A stretch of 59,731 bases of DNA, taken from a virus (lineage: Duplodnaviria > Caudoviricetes). The DNA is taken from positions 1 to 59,731 of IMG/VR virus record IMGVR_UViG_3300025121_000443; one strand, written 5' to 3'. Below are positions 39,235 to 48,602 of the stretch, in pieces (positions within the stretch are counted from its first letter, which is position 1; each line of letters starts with the position of its first letter). A model generated the notes under the pieces. That model worked only from the letters and a program-made list of their open reading frames with translations. It ran no database searches and was not told the origin of the DNA. The position numbers and the translations under genes are program-made.

Positions 39235-41710
39235 AGCATCAATAGAACCGCTTTTGCTGGAAATATTTGGAGGAAATCCCTACCACGCAAGAGCAAATGA
39301 AAAGAATGGAGATATTTATTATGCTCCTGTAGAAGTTCCACTTACTCTTGAGCATTTAAAAGAACACGTTGAAGGAATAAGTTGTTTAGGATCTTATCAA
39401 TTAGCTCAGGGTTCAGATACTGTAAAATGGCTAGGGTGGGACATTGACGATAAAGACAATGAAAATGCCAGAAAAACGGTAAAGAAGATTGTAAAGCACT
39501 TAGGATCAATACCACATTGTGTAGAGTTTTCAGGAGGAAAAGGATATCATGTTTTAGTATTCCTGGAATCCCCGTTACCAGCTGTAAAGGCTAAGAAGAT
39601 CGTTGATTGGGTACGAGAAAAAGAAGGCTTTGCTGTTACCGGAGATTCTCATGTAGAATGCTTTCCTAAACAAGACCAATTAACTAAGATAAGATCTAAA
39701 GGAAATCTACTCAAAATACCGTGTGGACTGCATCCTAGAACACATAATCGTTCAGTATTTGTAGACCCCAATAATGGTTGGGAACATGGTGCATTAGAAG
39801 ATCCTTCCATAGTTTTAGCTCAAAGGGCAGATGTAAATGATGTTCTTGACATTGCTTCAGAGGGACCTTCAGTAGATGTACAGCTTGTAAATTTACTATC
39901 TCAATATTGGGAAAGCGGAAAAAGACATGATCTATCCCTCTATCTTAGTGGATTTCTGGCACACGAATCTTGGGGAATTGATCAGACTAAGAAATTGATC
40001 GAGGATATATGTCATGCTGTTGGAGATGAAGAAGTATACAATAGACTTCAAACTGTAGAAACCACATTTATAAAGCATAAAGAAGGAAAGAGTATTCGCG
40101 GTAGACAGGGATTAGGAGAAATACTACCGATTTCTACTCTTCAGAAGCTAACTGAACTTGTGGCTACAATCAGAGCTCCAGATACAGTTGCACAAATAGA
40201 TGATATTAGATACTCTAAAGGAAGAGCAAAATTAGATAGCGTTCGTCTAGCAAGTAATACTATTTGGAGTATTATGAATGACGAAGGATGCAAAATATTC
40301 CAGACAGATCAGGCTGTTGCATATTGGTATAACGCTGAAGATCATTCTGTAACTGAGGAAGCTTCTGAACCTTGGAAGGCTTTGCTAAATAAATTGTTTG
40401 GACTTAATCCACAAGATTCCTTTAGTAAACTAATTTTTCAAGAACTAAGATTGCGTATAGTAAGAGATGCACCTATTGTTCCCATACAAAACAGAACATA
40501 TTGGAGTGAAAGTCCACCTAGACTATATGTAAATCTTGGAGGTCCTGAAGTATATATTTTGGATGGAAAGACGATAGAAAAAGGATACAATGGTGAATGT
40601 GGTCACATGTTCATTACAAATCAGAATGCTGTATATTCTATTCCTGATTTTGATGCACCGCCTGTAGATGCTTGGGATTATCTGGTAAATGACCTATCGT
40701 TTACCGTTTCTGCTGATGCACCTGCAAAACCAGAGGAACAAAGAGAGTTATTGAAGGCTTGGCTACTTGCATTTTTCTTCCAAGAGCTTATGCCAACGAA
40801 ACCAATTCTTGCCATGTTAGGGCAACCTGGAAGCGGTAAGACCACAGCCATTCGTAGGATTTTACGAATATTTGAAAATCCAGACTCGGATGTATTAGGT
40901 GTACCTACCGATAAACAGGATGCTTTTAGAGCCAGTATTGCTTCTCATAGACTTCTGGTACTGGATAACTTAGAGAAGTCTGGTGCTTACTGGATGGTTG
41001 ATATGCTCAACAAATTAGCAACAGGAAATAATATTGAATTACGAGAACTTTACAAAACGAATTCTAAATTTACTATTGTTCCCAAATGTTTTATAGCGTG
41101 TACAGCCGTCAACATGCCATTCAGCGATGAAACATTATTTTCTAGATTGCTTGTGTTAGAAATGGATCAATTAGCAGAACCTATTGCAGAGCATATTCTG
41201 CAAAGAAAAATAAAGGAATTCGGTCCAGCTATCTGGGCAGATTTACTTACGAAACTAAATCACATAATTCAATCATTGCTTCTAAACAAAAATGTAAAAG
41301 CTCCGACAAAGAGTAGGCTCGTAGACTTTACCGTTTTCTGTGCAAGGATAAGATATTGCTCGGTAGTAGACGGAGATAAACTAAATCTTGGATTGCTATC
41401 TATGGTAGACGCTCAGTTGAGACAACTAAAAGAGAGTTCTCAAGCTATAGTTCTTATAGAGGAGTGGTTATCTATAAAACCGCAAGAAGCAGCAGAGTGG
41501 AAAACATTCCAAGAACTCTATATTGTGTTGCAAACAATGGCTCAAAGCAGGAGAATGGACTTTAAGTGGAAGAATGTTACAGGGTTGTCTAGACATTTGA
41601 GTACATTACAGGATAGACTTCAAAAAGACTTTGGGGCAGAATTTGAGGATTACTACTCTGCTCAGCAAGGAAAGGATGTTACACGTATAAGATTCCGAAC
41701 AATTATGTAG
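39224..41710 (+). CDS. AEP primase-polymerase fused to P-loop helicase
   Basis: WDID, FSGGKGYHV, NLLKIPCGLH; GKRH (PriCT-like); GQPGSGKTT, LVLDN. Confidence 0.85.
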   Translation: MTPEASIEPLLLEIFGGNPYHARANEKNGDIYYAPVEVPLTLEHLKEHVEGISCLGSYQLAQGSDTVKWLGWDIDDKDNENARKTVKKIVKHLGSIPHCVEFSGGKGYHVLVFLESPLPAVKAKKIVDWVREKEGFAVTGDSHVECFPKQDQLTKIRSKGNLLKIPCGLHPRTHNRSVFVDPNNGWEHGALEDPSIVLAQRADVNDVLDIASEGPSVDVQLVNLLSQYWESGKRHDLSLYLSGFLAHESWGIDQTKKLIEDICHAVGDEEVYNRLQTVETTFIKHKEGKSIRGRQGLGEILPISTLQKLTELVATIRAPDTVAQIDDIRYSKGRAKLDSVRLASNTIWSIMNDEGCKIFQTDQAVAYWYNAEDHSVTEEASEPWKALLNKLFGLNPQDSFSKLIFQELRLRIVRDAPIVPIQNRTYWSESPPRLYVNLGGPEVYILDGKTIEKGYNGECGHMFITNQNAVYSIPDFDAPPVDAWDYLVNDLSFTVSADAPAKPEEQRELLKAWLLAFFFQELMPTKPILAMLGQPGSGKTTAIRRILRIFENPDSDVLGVPTDKQDAFRASIASHRLLVLDNLEKSGAYWMVDMLNKLATGNNIELRELYKTNSKFTIVPKCFIACTAVNMPFSDETLFSRLLVLEMDQLAEPIAEHILQRKIKEFGPAIWADLLTKLNHIIQSLLLNKNVKAPTKSRLVDFTVFCARIRYCSVVDGDKLNLGLLSMVDAQLRQLKESSQAIVLIEEWLSIKPQEAAEWKTFQELYIVLQTMAQSRRMDFKWKNVTGLSRHLSTLQDRLQKDFGAEFEDYYSAQQGKDVTRIRFRTIM

Positions 41711-41716
41711 AATAGG

Positions 41717-41797
41717 TTCTAGGTTTATTTTTGCTAAAATTGCAAGGTATAAAATAACCTATATTAGTTTAAACCGCTTTAAAATGCTTTATTTTAG
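41717..41797 (+). repeat. About 81-bp intergenic direct repeat, copy 1
   Basis: Near-identical to 46859-46940 (TTATTTTTGCTAAAAT(T)TGCAAGGTATAAAATAACCTATATT...CGCTTTAAAATGCTTTATTTTAG). Confidence 0.9.
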
Positions 41798-41874
41798 CCC
41801 CATAAATTCATAAAAAGGTATAAACTAAGCGTAAACGTGCAAAATATATTCAAAGTTCATTTTTTATCTGGCAC

Positions 41875-41946
41875 TTGTAATATGAATAAAAAGAACCTAT
41901 AATTAATGTAGTAATGGGGTAAAATGTAGAAATTTTCGATATACAC
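41875..41946 (+). promoter_or_regulatory. Promoter plus leader motif AATTTTCGATATACAC
   Basis: TTGTAA-17 bp-TATAAT (41875-41903); motif 41931-41946 just before RBS. Confidence 0.7.
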
Positions 41947-41956
41947 AGGGAGATAG

Positions 41957-42268
41957 ATGGTAAGATACGAAGATTACGAAGATTACGAAGATATATACAG
42001 AAGACTTAGTCAATGGGCAGATGAAGTAACCTCTTCTATGGAATATGTTATATCCTCAGCTTCCTCTGGAATGCAAAGATGGATACAGGAAGCTCTTCCT
42101 TCTCCCTATAATCTGAAAGAGCACAGAAAGTATTATCAAGAGTATCTCAAGTGGTTGCTAAATCACTTTGGTACATATCCTATTATAAAGGTAAAGAGGA
42201 TAGAGAAGAGGATCTTTCTCAGTATAAATACACCTCTATGCAGATCTCCTCCGGTAACTTTATTCTAG
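41957..42268 (+). CDS. Hypothetical protein
   Basis: RBS AGGGAG after promoter; in-frame YED x3 repeat. Confidence 0.5.
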   Translation: MVRYEDYEDYEDIYRRLSQWADEVTSSMEYVISSASSGMQRWIQEALPSPYNLKEHRKYYQEYLKWLLNHFGTYPIIKVKRIEKRIFLSINTPLCRSPPVTLF

Positions 42269-42413
42269 GGATAATCAAATTCCTTAGTTATAGGCTTACA
42301 TCTATAAAGTAGAAAATTTAAATGATAATCGGCTATTGAGAGTTTATCTACTACCCCTTCTAAACTCAACAGATAGCTCCGGAAACCGTAACCGGAATTT
42401 TTGGGAGATTATT

Positions 42414-42590
42414 ATGCCATACAAAATTAGAAAGAATGGAGAGGAGTGGGAAGTATACAATCCAGATACTGGAAAAGTATATGGAAAGCATAAAACAAAG
42501 AAGAGTGCTGAAGATCAAGTTGCTGCTCTTTATGTAAATGCCAACCCCGAAAATGAAAATCGTAAATTAAGAATTAGAAGGAAGCTATGA
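42414..42590 (+). CDS. Small basic phage protein
   Basis: MPYKIRK...GKH.TKKSA..Q..AL pattern recurrent in phages; RBS GGGAG. Confidence 0.55.
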   Translation: MPYKIRKNGEEWEVYNPDTGKVYGKHKTKKSAEDQVAALYVNANPENENRKLRIRRKL

Positions 42591-42865
42591 GCTCAGACGA
42601 AGAAATACTATCTCAAAGAGACGAAATTGTCAAAAGATTAAAAACTAATGATGGTTATGGTATAGGGATCTCAGCTTTCCTAGCTGCAGAAATTCTAGTC
42701 AAAGCAGAAAAGATAGAATCTATTTTAGACGAAAACAAAGAAATAAAATTGGATAGACGGAAATCATCTGCTAGTCATTTTGACGATATTAGTATGAGAG
42801 AATTTGCTAATGAGCATCCTGAAACATGTACTGCTAAGACTTGCCCTTATAGCTCAAATGGATAG
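42587..42865 (+). CDS. Hypothetical protein
   Basis: ATGA coupling with upstream gene; 3' end overlaps tRNA. Confidence 0.45.
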   Translation: MSSDEEILSQRDEIVKRLKTNDGYGIGISAFLAAEILVKAEKIESILDENKEIKLDRRKSSASHFDDISMREFANEHPETCTAKTCPYSSNG

Positions 42866-42916
42866 AGCAACAGCCTTCTAAGTTGTAGGTTCAGAGTTCG
42901 AATCTCTGTAAGGGTG
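42843..42916 (+). tRNA. tRNA-Arg (anticodon TCT), no encoded CCA
   Basis: Acceptor GCCCTTA/TAAGGGT, D arm GCTC/GAGC, anticodon stem ACAGC/GTTGT with CT-TCT-AA loop, T arm CAGAG-TTCGAAT-CTCTG. Confidence 0.93.
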
Positions 42917-43003
42917 CTACGGTAGAACAGAGTGTTGATCTGTGCATGGGTGAGTACCAGTCCTGCAACCCACTACCGAATTTACTTGCATCAAAAGGAG
43001 CAT

Positions 43004-43438
43004 ATGAAAATAAATCAAAAAGTAAAAGAAAAGATAGAGGAAATTCTAACAGACAGAAATGTTCGAAAGCAAGCTAAGAGCTTTGCCCTGGAAAGCAATT
43101 TGGAAGACAAAGAAAAATTTGTTCAAGAATTCATGCATATGTACAAATGTAAAAAGATTATCGGAAGATATGTTGTAAAGTTCACAGCATCAGATATGGA
43201 CGAAAATGAAAATATAGCCGTAAATTTGTTGGGATCTATTCTTAATTCTGTGTTAGTTATAACGACCAATGATAATCCTGACTATTCCTTTAGAGCAGTT
43301 GAAACATTGGGAAAAATTTGTTTTGACATTACTAAAGAATGTGGTACAGCTTCTGATCAATTTGAGCTGATGGCTCTAATGACTAAGTATAACCTGAATG
43401 AGGAAACAGAAGAATATGGAGAAGACGAAGATGGATAG
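43004..43438 (+). CDS. Hypothetical protein
   Basis: RBS AAGGAG before ATG 43004. Confidence 0.5.
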   Translation: MKINQKVKEKIEEILTDRNVRKQAKSFALESNLEDKEKFVQEFMHMYKCKKIIGRYVVKFTASDMDENENIAVNLLGSILNSVLVITTNDNPDYSFRAVETLGKICFDITKECGTASDQFELMALMTKYNLNEETEEYGEDEDG

Positions 43439-44069
43439 ATTAATTCAAGAAACAATTATGCACATAAAATCTAGCATAGAAGGAAGAATGTGCGACGAAG
43501 CTAACGATAATTTGTATCTTGGAAGAGCTATCCTCGAAGCAACAGATGGAAATCATTTGGAAATTGGAAGTTTGTTTGGTGGTTCTGCCATATTTGCAGC
43601 TCTGCTAAAGAAAGCTCTAGGATTTAAATGTCATGTGTATGCTATCGATCCGTTCTCTGGATATTATCTAGATACCGTAAATGATCAGGGTCAGAAGATT
43701 GGAGGACTTGCTGATCCCTTTTCTACCGTTCCTGTTTCTTTGGAAACGGCTATGCGTAATGCTGAAAAATTTGGAGTAAGTGATAGAATAACATTTATTC
43801 AAGCATTATCCTATCCCTTTCCAGAGCAATTAAAATACGAAACTTTTGCTACAGCTTACATAGACGGAGATCATTGGAATCTAGCCCCTACATTGGATTG
43901 GTTATCTGTAAAAGATATTACTACTAAGTTGGTTATATTTGACAATAATGATGGAAGAATTGGGGTAGATACTGCGTGTAAAGTAGCAGCAAGCTCTAAG
44001 GGGTGGAGAGAATACTGGAATCATGGTATTACATATATAGTTAGAAAGGATAGTTGGTATGATGTCTAA
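43431..44069 (+). CDS. Class I SAM methyltransferase (Methyltransf_24-like)
   Basis: LEIGSLFGGS, AIDPF, YIDGDH, IFDN motifs. Confidence 0.8.
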   Translation: MDRLIQETIMHIKSSIEGRMCDEANDNLYLGRAILEATDGNHLEIGSLFGGSAIFAALLKKALGFKCHVYAIDPFSGYYLDTVNDQGQKIGGLADPFSTVPVSLETAMRNAEKFGVSDRITFIQALSYPFPEQLKYETFATAYIDGDHWNLAPTLDWLSVKDITTKLVIFDNNDGRIGVDTACKVAASSKGWREYWNHGITYIVRKDSWYDV

Positions 44070-44610
44070 AGTAATTGATTTCGGATTAGATCCAAATAAT
44101 ATTGTTTGTTTCGACACAGAAACGACAGGTCTTGACGGCTCAGCAGAAATTTGCCAGCTGGCAATCGTTAATTTTGATGAAACAGTTGTCTTCAGTAAAT
44201 TAATAAAACCGCAGGAAAAGATATCTAAAGAAGTATCTCTAATTCATGGAGTAACCAATGAAATGGTAGCTTACGAAAAAGACATAAAATACTGGTGGAG
44301 TTTCCTGAATAAACAATTCTTCACCAGTAAACTTGTTCTCGGATATAATGTTATGTATGATATCAGAATGTTATTTCAATCCATAACAAGATTTGAGAAA
44401 AATATTTATTTTTCTCCATTTATGGTAATTGACGTTATGACCCTCGTATCTAATCTTAGTGCAGATGGTAAATGGATGTCTCTAGGATCTGCCTGTAAGA
44501 AATATGAAATAGAAGAACCAGATAATCTTAAATATCATAATGCAGAATTTGATGCAATAATGACAATGAGACTTTTCAAGAAAATTTCACAAGCACAAAT
44601 AGATTTTTAG
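44059..44610 (+). CDS. DEDDh 3'-5' exonuclease (DnaQ-like)
   Basis: FDTETTG, IHG, GYNV.YD, HNAEFDA. Confidence 0.88.
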   Translation: MMSKVIDFGLDPNNIVCFDTETTGLDGSAEICQLAIVNFDETVVFSKLIKPQEKISKEVSLIHGVTNEMVAYEKDIKYWWSFLNKQFFTSKLVLGYNVMYDIRMLFQSITRFEKNIYFSPFMVIDVMTLVSNLSADGKWMSLGSACKKYEIEEPDNLKYHNAEFDAIMTMRLFKKISQAQIDF

Positions 44611-44627
44611 TCCTAAAGGAGGATAAA

Positions 44628-45455
44628 ATGAGCAAAGAGTTAATTCAACAAACTAAGCAAGCAATGAAAGATCTCAAGTATGGAGATCCAATTCCAAACA
44701 ATAACATAGATACAATGTTCCAAGTAAAATATGACGGATGGTTTAGTCATATCACAATTAAAGACGGCTTTGCTACCGTAGTCACTTCCGGTGGAGAAGT
44801 TCGTAAGAGATTCGATATAGATGTTCCTGATGCCATTGTTCTTGCAGAATGGATGTATGGTACGAACAGTAGTCAAACTCATCCGTTGAAAGACAAATTT
44901 ATAATTCATGATGTACTTAGTCTAAATGGATATAATCTTAAGAATGACATGTATATAGCAAGAATATCATCTGCAGTACAACTAACATCTAATCCCCACG
45001 ATTATCCCAATTTTCCATTCGTTTTAATCCCCTCCCATTTTCCAGAGCAATTTGAGGATATCTGGAAAACAGAAGTTTTAGGTGCTGGTGAAGAAGGTGT
45101 GGTATTCAAACATGCTTATGCAAAATTCGGTGAAGACACCATGTATCGCATGAAAAGAGAATTCACTATGGACTATATTGTGGTAGGATTCAAAGAAGGT
45201 ACTAAGCGATTAGAAGGAACTTTGGGAGCTCTTGAAGGTGGTTTATATTACAAAGGAAATCTTATGAGAATTCTGTCAGTAGGTGGTGGATTTACCGATT
45301 CTGAACGAGAAGAAATATGGGAAAATAAACCAAAATATCTTGGTATGGTATTTGAAGCATCTGGTAAAGCTCTTTTCGAATCTGGTGCTTTGAGACATCC
45401 AGCTTTTCAGAGATTCCGCACAGACAAAATTCCACAAGAGTGTATTCTGTCATGA
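44628..45455 (+). CDS. Minimal ATP-dependent DNA ligase
   Basis: KYDG, EGVVFK, RMK, VGGGFTD.ER, LRHP.F.RFR.DK. Confidence 0.88.
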   Translation: MSKELIQQTKQAMKDLKYGDPIPNNNIDTMFQVKYDGWFSHITIKDGFATVVTSGGEVRKRFDIDVPDAIVLAEWMYGTNSSQTHPLKDKFIIHDVLSLNGYNLKNDMYIARISSAVQLTSNPHDYPNFPFVLIPSHFPEQFEDIWKTEVLGAGEEGVVFKHAYAKFGEDTMYRMKREFTMDYIVVGFKEGTKRLEGTLGALEGGLYYKGNLMRILSVGGGFTDSEREEIWENKPKYLGMVFEASGKALFESGALRHPAFQRFRTDKIPQECILS

Positions 45456-46282
45456 CGAAGTGGATAGGAAGAACTACTGGAGATCATAGGGTAGTGTGTT
45501 ATGATATCAAGAAAGTTTATAGTTGTCCTGGAGCAGCTGCATTAGACAATGGAGTAAGAGAGAATGAAGTTATTGCTTGCTGCAATAGATATATAAAATC
45601 TACTTTCAATAATATTCAATTTGATTGGTATGCACAATACAAAATTGAAAATATAGATAATCTAAGTATTCATCCGCATAAACCCAAACCAATCGTTGAA
45701 GTTGAATATGTAAAATCTCATAGAGAAAGACTTCATGGAAATGGTATGACACTTCAAGAGCATAGAGGTAAGATTCCTAGAATTCATAGACTCGCTACCG
45801 AAGTTCTAAAAGACGAAAGATATAATAATGAAGAAATGTTCGTTTCTGATTTTCTAAATTTACTCGAAGCAGAAGCTCAAAGACAGGGATTTTCTCTTAA
45901 TTCAAAACCCCATGCTTTTGTAAAACATTTGAAAACCCATGAAAAAGTTTATAAAACTATTCTTAACATGGAGTTAGGAACTAAATACCATGCTAAGAAC
46001 AGAAGACATTCTCATACAATAAAAGTAACGTTTATTCCTGGAATAACCAAAGAGCAGATCTATGTATATGATGATGAAGAATCCTATCTAAGAAGAGCAT
46101 CTGGAAAAGCAAAATTAATTGTGAGATTAAATGATATGAGAGTATACGGAAGTCTCTTATCTGCTGCTAGAATTGCTAAAATATCCAGAGAAAGAATTCT
46201 ATGGTGCTGTCTTGATGACGTTACTTCTATATTCAGTAGAGGAAGAGAGGTTCAATTTGCATTTGGAAGATACAAGAAATGA
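45452..46282 (+). CDS. Protein with N- and C-terminal NUMOD1-like DNA-binding domains
   Basis: V.C...KKVYS...AA......I.ACC and IV.L...RVYGS...AAR...I....I..CC. Confidence 0.5.
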   Translation: MTKWIGRTTGDHRVVCYDIKKVYSCPGAAALDNGVRENEVIACCNRYIKSTFNNIQFDWYAQYKIENIDNLSIHPHKPKPIVEVEYVKSHRERLHGNGMTLQEHRGKIPRIHRLATEVLKDERYNNEEMFVSDFLNLLEAEAQRQGFSLNSKPHAFVKHLKTHEKVYKTILNMELGTKYHAKNRRHSHTIKVTFIPGITKEQIYVYDDEESYLRRASGKAKLIVRLNDMRVYGSLLSAARIAKISRERILWCCLDDVTSIFSRGREVQFAFGRYKK

Positions 46283-46290
46283 GGTGTGGT

Positions 46291-46446
46291 ATGTCTAAAA
46301 GACTCAGGTGTGGTATGATACAAAGACCGGCTCATACGACAAGGTGGGTAAAATTATGCTTCAATTGCAGAAAGGAATTCTCAAATCCGATACATGGTTT
46401 GTGTCCTTTCTGCAACTCGTATTATTGGGGAAAAATTTATAAATGA
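46291..46446 (+). CDS. Small zinc-finger protein (51 aa, below cut-off)
   Basis: CFNC...CPFC; RBS GAGGTG. Confidence 0.4.
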   Translation: MSKRLRCGMIQRPAHTTRWVKLCFNCRKEFSNPIHGLCPFCNSYYWGKIYK

Positions 46447-46456
46447 GGAGTGTGGT

Positions 46457-46735
46457 ATGATTCAGTTACTTTCTCAAAATCTTGCTCTGGATCTAGACAA
46501 CGTCAATAGTATAGAGTTCAGTCCGGTGGGATTCGGTAAAATGGAAATAAACTTCAAAATCGGTAATCCTATTACCGTGTATCGTACAGATCCAGCTTTT
46601 GAGGATCTGGAAAACTTCCTGCAAGGAACTATGGAAGACATAGAAATCAAAGAAGTAGAAGGAGAAGAAAATGTACATCTGTACGAAGTGCGGAGAAAGA
46701 ACAGACTTTCCGGTAAAACGTATGCGAAGCTCTAG
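46457..46735 (+). CDS. Hypothetical protein
   Basis: RBS GAGGAG before ATG 46457. Confidence 0.5.
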   Translation: MIQLLSQNLALDLDNVNSIEFSPVGFGKMEINFKIGNPITVYRTDPAFEDLENFLQGTMEDIEIKEVEGEENVHLYEVRRKNRLSGKTYAKL

Positions 46736-46856
46736 AATTGAAAAGGATGAAAACGGTAACAGCATCATCGTATCTTATGAAATCATCATATGCAAAGAGT
46801 GTAATTCAAAGACAACGCACAATAAACCTAACATTAGAAAGTGGAAGCGTGACTAA
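46671..46856 (+). CDS. Zinc-ribbon protein
   Basis: CTKCG...CKEC; RBS AAGGAG. Confidence 0.45.
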   Translation: MYICTKCGERTDFPVKRMRSSRIEKDENGNSIIVSYEIIICKECNSKTTHNKPNIRKWKRD

Positions 46857-46858
46857 AA

Positions 46859-46940
46859 TTCTAGTATTATTTTTGCTAAAATTTGCAAGGTATAAAATAA
46901 CCTATATTGTTTTAAAACGCTTTAAAATGCTTTATTTTAG
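46859..46940 (+). repeat. About 81-bp intergenic direct repeat, copy 2
   Basis: Near-identical to 41717-41797. Confidence 0.9.
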
Positions 46941-47002
46941 GCGTAATTTTACGCCTGATAACGTGTTTTGGCATATATAACCAGTAAACGCTAAAGAAAA
47001 TT

Positions 47003-47596
47003 ATGGGAACATACAGTTCAGAAAAATTCAAACTATTGCGGGATAAAAGAGCAGCAAGGCTCAGAATATTGAGCTGCTTCTATGACTACTCGCCCATCTT
47101 CGTGAAGAGCAATGGAAATAATCGTCATTTTACGAAAGCTGAAGTAGCAGTTGTTCAGTCTTGGAATCACTTTCAAGATGTAATAGATTGGATGCATGAA
47201 GAGGAGATTATATCCTCAAAGTATGATTACCGAAATTTGCATTTGGATCTCTGGTATCTAAAAAAAGAACTCTCTCCCAAGTATGGTAAGAAAGTTCAGG
47301 AAACATGTAGCACAGGTGCTGAAAAATTACTGCTTCATGTGGTAATTCAAGCCTTGCTGGATGTTCATTCTAAAAGACCTTGCGACGTGGCGATATGGGG
47401 TACAGATCTATCTCCCGACTCGGTGTATTGTACCCCTACCGCTCATGTCTGTTCTCAAAATGCAGAGAGATTTTTGAAAAGTCTTGACGCTAATTTTGAG
47501 GAATTTATTGGTGTATCTCGTGGATGTATTTATGATATATTGCATAGAATAAAAAAAGATCCCAATTATTATTTGGGATCTTTATGCACAGACTAA
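47003..47596 (+). CDS. Hypothetical protein, last rightward gene before convergence
   Basis: 197-aa ORF; LLL.VVIQAL.D helix. Confidence 0.5.
   Translation: MGTYSSEKFKLLRDKRAARLRILSCFYDYSPIFVKSNGNNRHFTKAEVAVVQSWNHFQDVIDWMHEEEIISSKYDYRNLHLDLWYLKKELSPKYGKKVQETCSTGAEKLLLHVVIQALLDVHSKRPCDVAIWGTDLSPDSVYCTPTAHVCSQNAERFLKSLDANFEEFIGVSRGCIYDILHRIKKDPNYYLGSLCTD
47551..47584. terminator. Bidirectional terminator at convergent junction
   Basis: AAAGATCCCAA-ttattat-TTGGGATCTTT flanked by A and T tracts. Confidence 0.65.
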
Positions 47597-47919
47597 TCTT
47601 TTATATATTTTTCTAAAACATTATCTTCTTCCAATTTTACGCCTATTGCTAGTCTATGATAGATTAGTTTATCTTCACATGTTTTGGCTATTTCATACAT
47701 TTCCTCCGGCGAGTTTCTAAATTGCAAATATTTTTCGATTGCATTACTGAGCTCAGCATAGCAGGTTTCTGCTACTAATTCCACTTCAGTTGGCTGTACT
47801 GTTATTTCCGGTGTTGGCTCTGGTGTGTGCTCTATACGGACTGGTGTAGGGTTTCGATTTTCTGTTGCGCATCCTGTTACCATAATTGCAAAAATTATGA
47901 GTGACAGGATTTTTTTCAT
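47593..47919 (-). CDS. Lipoprotein
   Basis: MKK + hydrophobic stretch + VTGC lipobox, then Pro/Thr linker. Confidence 0.65.
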   Translation of the reverse strand: MKKILSLIIFAIMVTGCATENRNPTPVRIEHTPEPTPEITVQPTEVELVAETCYAELSNAIEKYLQFRNSPEEMYEIAKTCEDKLIYHRLAIGVKLEEDNVLEKYIKD

Positions 47920-48194
47920 CCCATAAACATCCTAATCCTGTCAGCCTGTTCCTGCAATTTGGGTGGAAGCACAACTTGGTATCTAACGTCATTTTGCAGA
48001 ACTTCTTTCCATTTATAGACGTATTCATCACCACGATCAAAAGTATTTGGCTGACCCAATACAGCAATTTTCACCATGCGACAAATACCTTTACGGTTAT
48101 CAATTACTTCAGCTGTCCTGCCGTCTTTGAAGAGTACGGTAGCACCTTTCTTCACCTCATTGGGTTCAATAGTTTTTACTTCTTTATTATCCAT
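47916..48194 (-). CDS. Hypothetical protein (SH3-like beta)
   Basis: RBS AGGAGG; coupled to neighbours. Confidence 0.5.
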   Translation of the reverse strand: MDNKEVKTIEPNEVKKGATVLFKDGRTAEVIDNRKGICRMVKIAVLGQPNTFDRGDEYVYKWKEVLQNDVRYQVVLPPKLQEQADRIRMFMG

Positions 48195-48444
48195 TTTCTT
48201 CCTCCTGAGATTGTCTGTAAGATTCGTCTATTGGATCTTCTGTTATTTGAATAACTACATCTTTGGTCATTGTAACCTTTGTTCCAAATAAATCTGCTAA
48301 TTGAGTAGCTATGTGTAGCAAAAAAGCATTCGTTTGACCAGTCAATGGAAGCATAACTTTCACGGTATCATTCGCTAAATAGATCAATTTCTGATTATCT
48401 AACCTCGTGTGGTAAATCACTTTGATAGGAAGTCTTTCACTCAT
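48187..48444 (-). CDS. Hypothetical protein
   Basis: RBS GGAGG; coupled. Confidence 0.5.
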   Translation of the reverse strand: MSERLPIKVIYHTRLDNQKLIYLANDTVKVMLPLTGQTNAFLLHIATQLADLFGTKVTMTKDVVIQITEDPIDESYRQSQEEENG

Positions 48445-48602
48445 GAATCCTCCAATTTCTTTAGCAAAGATTCTGCCTTTTCCAGATCAGATGTAACAGC
48501 TTGAATATCCTCTTCAGGACATACTTTCAAAACTCTTTTTGCAAATTTGATGAACTTTTGAAGTTCAGCTTTGTCTAGATCTTCCAGAGTTACTTTACTC
48601 AT
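48441..48602 (-). CDS. Small helical protein (53 aa, below cut-off)
   Basis: MSKVTLEDLDKAELQKF...; RBS AAGGAGG; ATGA overlaps on both sides. Confidence 0.5.
   Translation of the reverse strand: MSKVTLEDLDKAELQKFIKFAKRVLKVCPEEDIQAVTSDLEKAESLLKKLEDS

Noticed and set aside
41967-41994. 9-bp triple repeat (YED)x3 as a fifth disruptive duplication
   Set aside because: In frame and does not break the ORF; no evidence of significance.
42843-42916. tRNA as attP/attL prophage boundary
   Set aside because: Phage-like genes continue on both sides, no duplicated tRNA 3' end and no integrase seen.
1237-44069. DNA adenine/cytosine methyltransferases (restriction-modification type)
   Set aside because: None of the four methyltransferases shows DPPY/NPPY/SPPY or PC catalytic motifs.
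46738-46980. 80-aa ORF
   Set aside because: Runs through the intergenic 81-bp repeat, overlaps a better-supported Zn-ribbon gene and has low-complexity composition.
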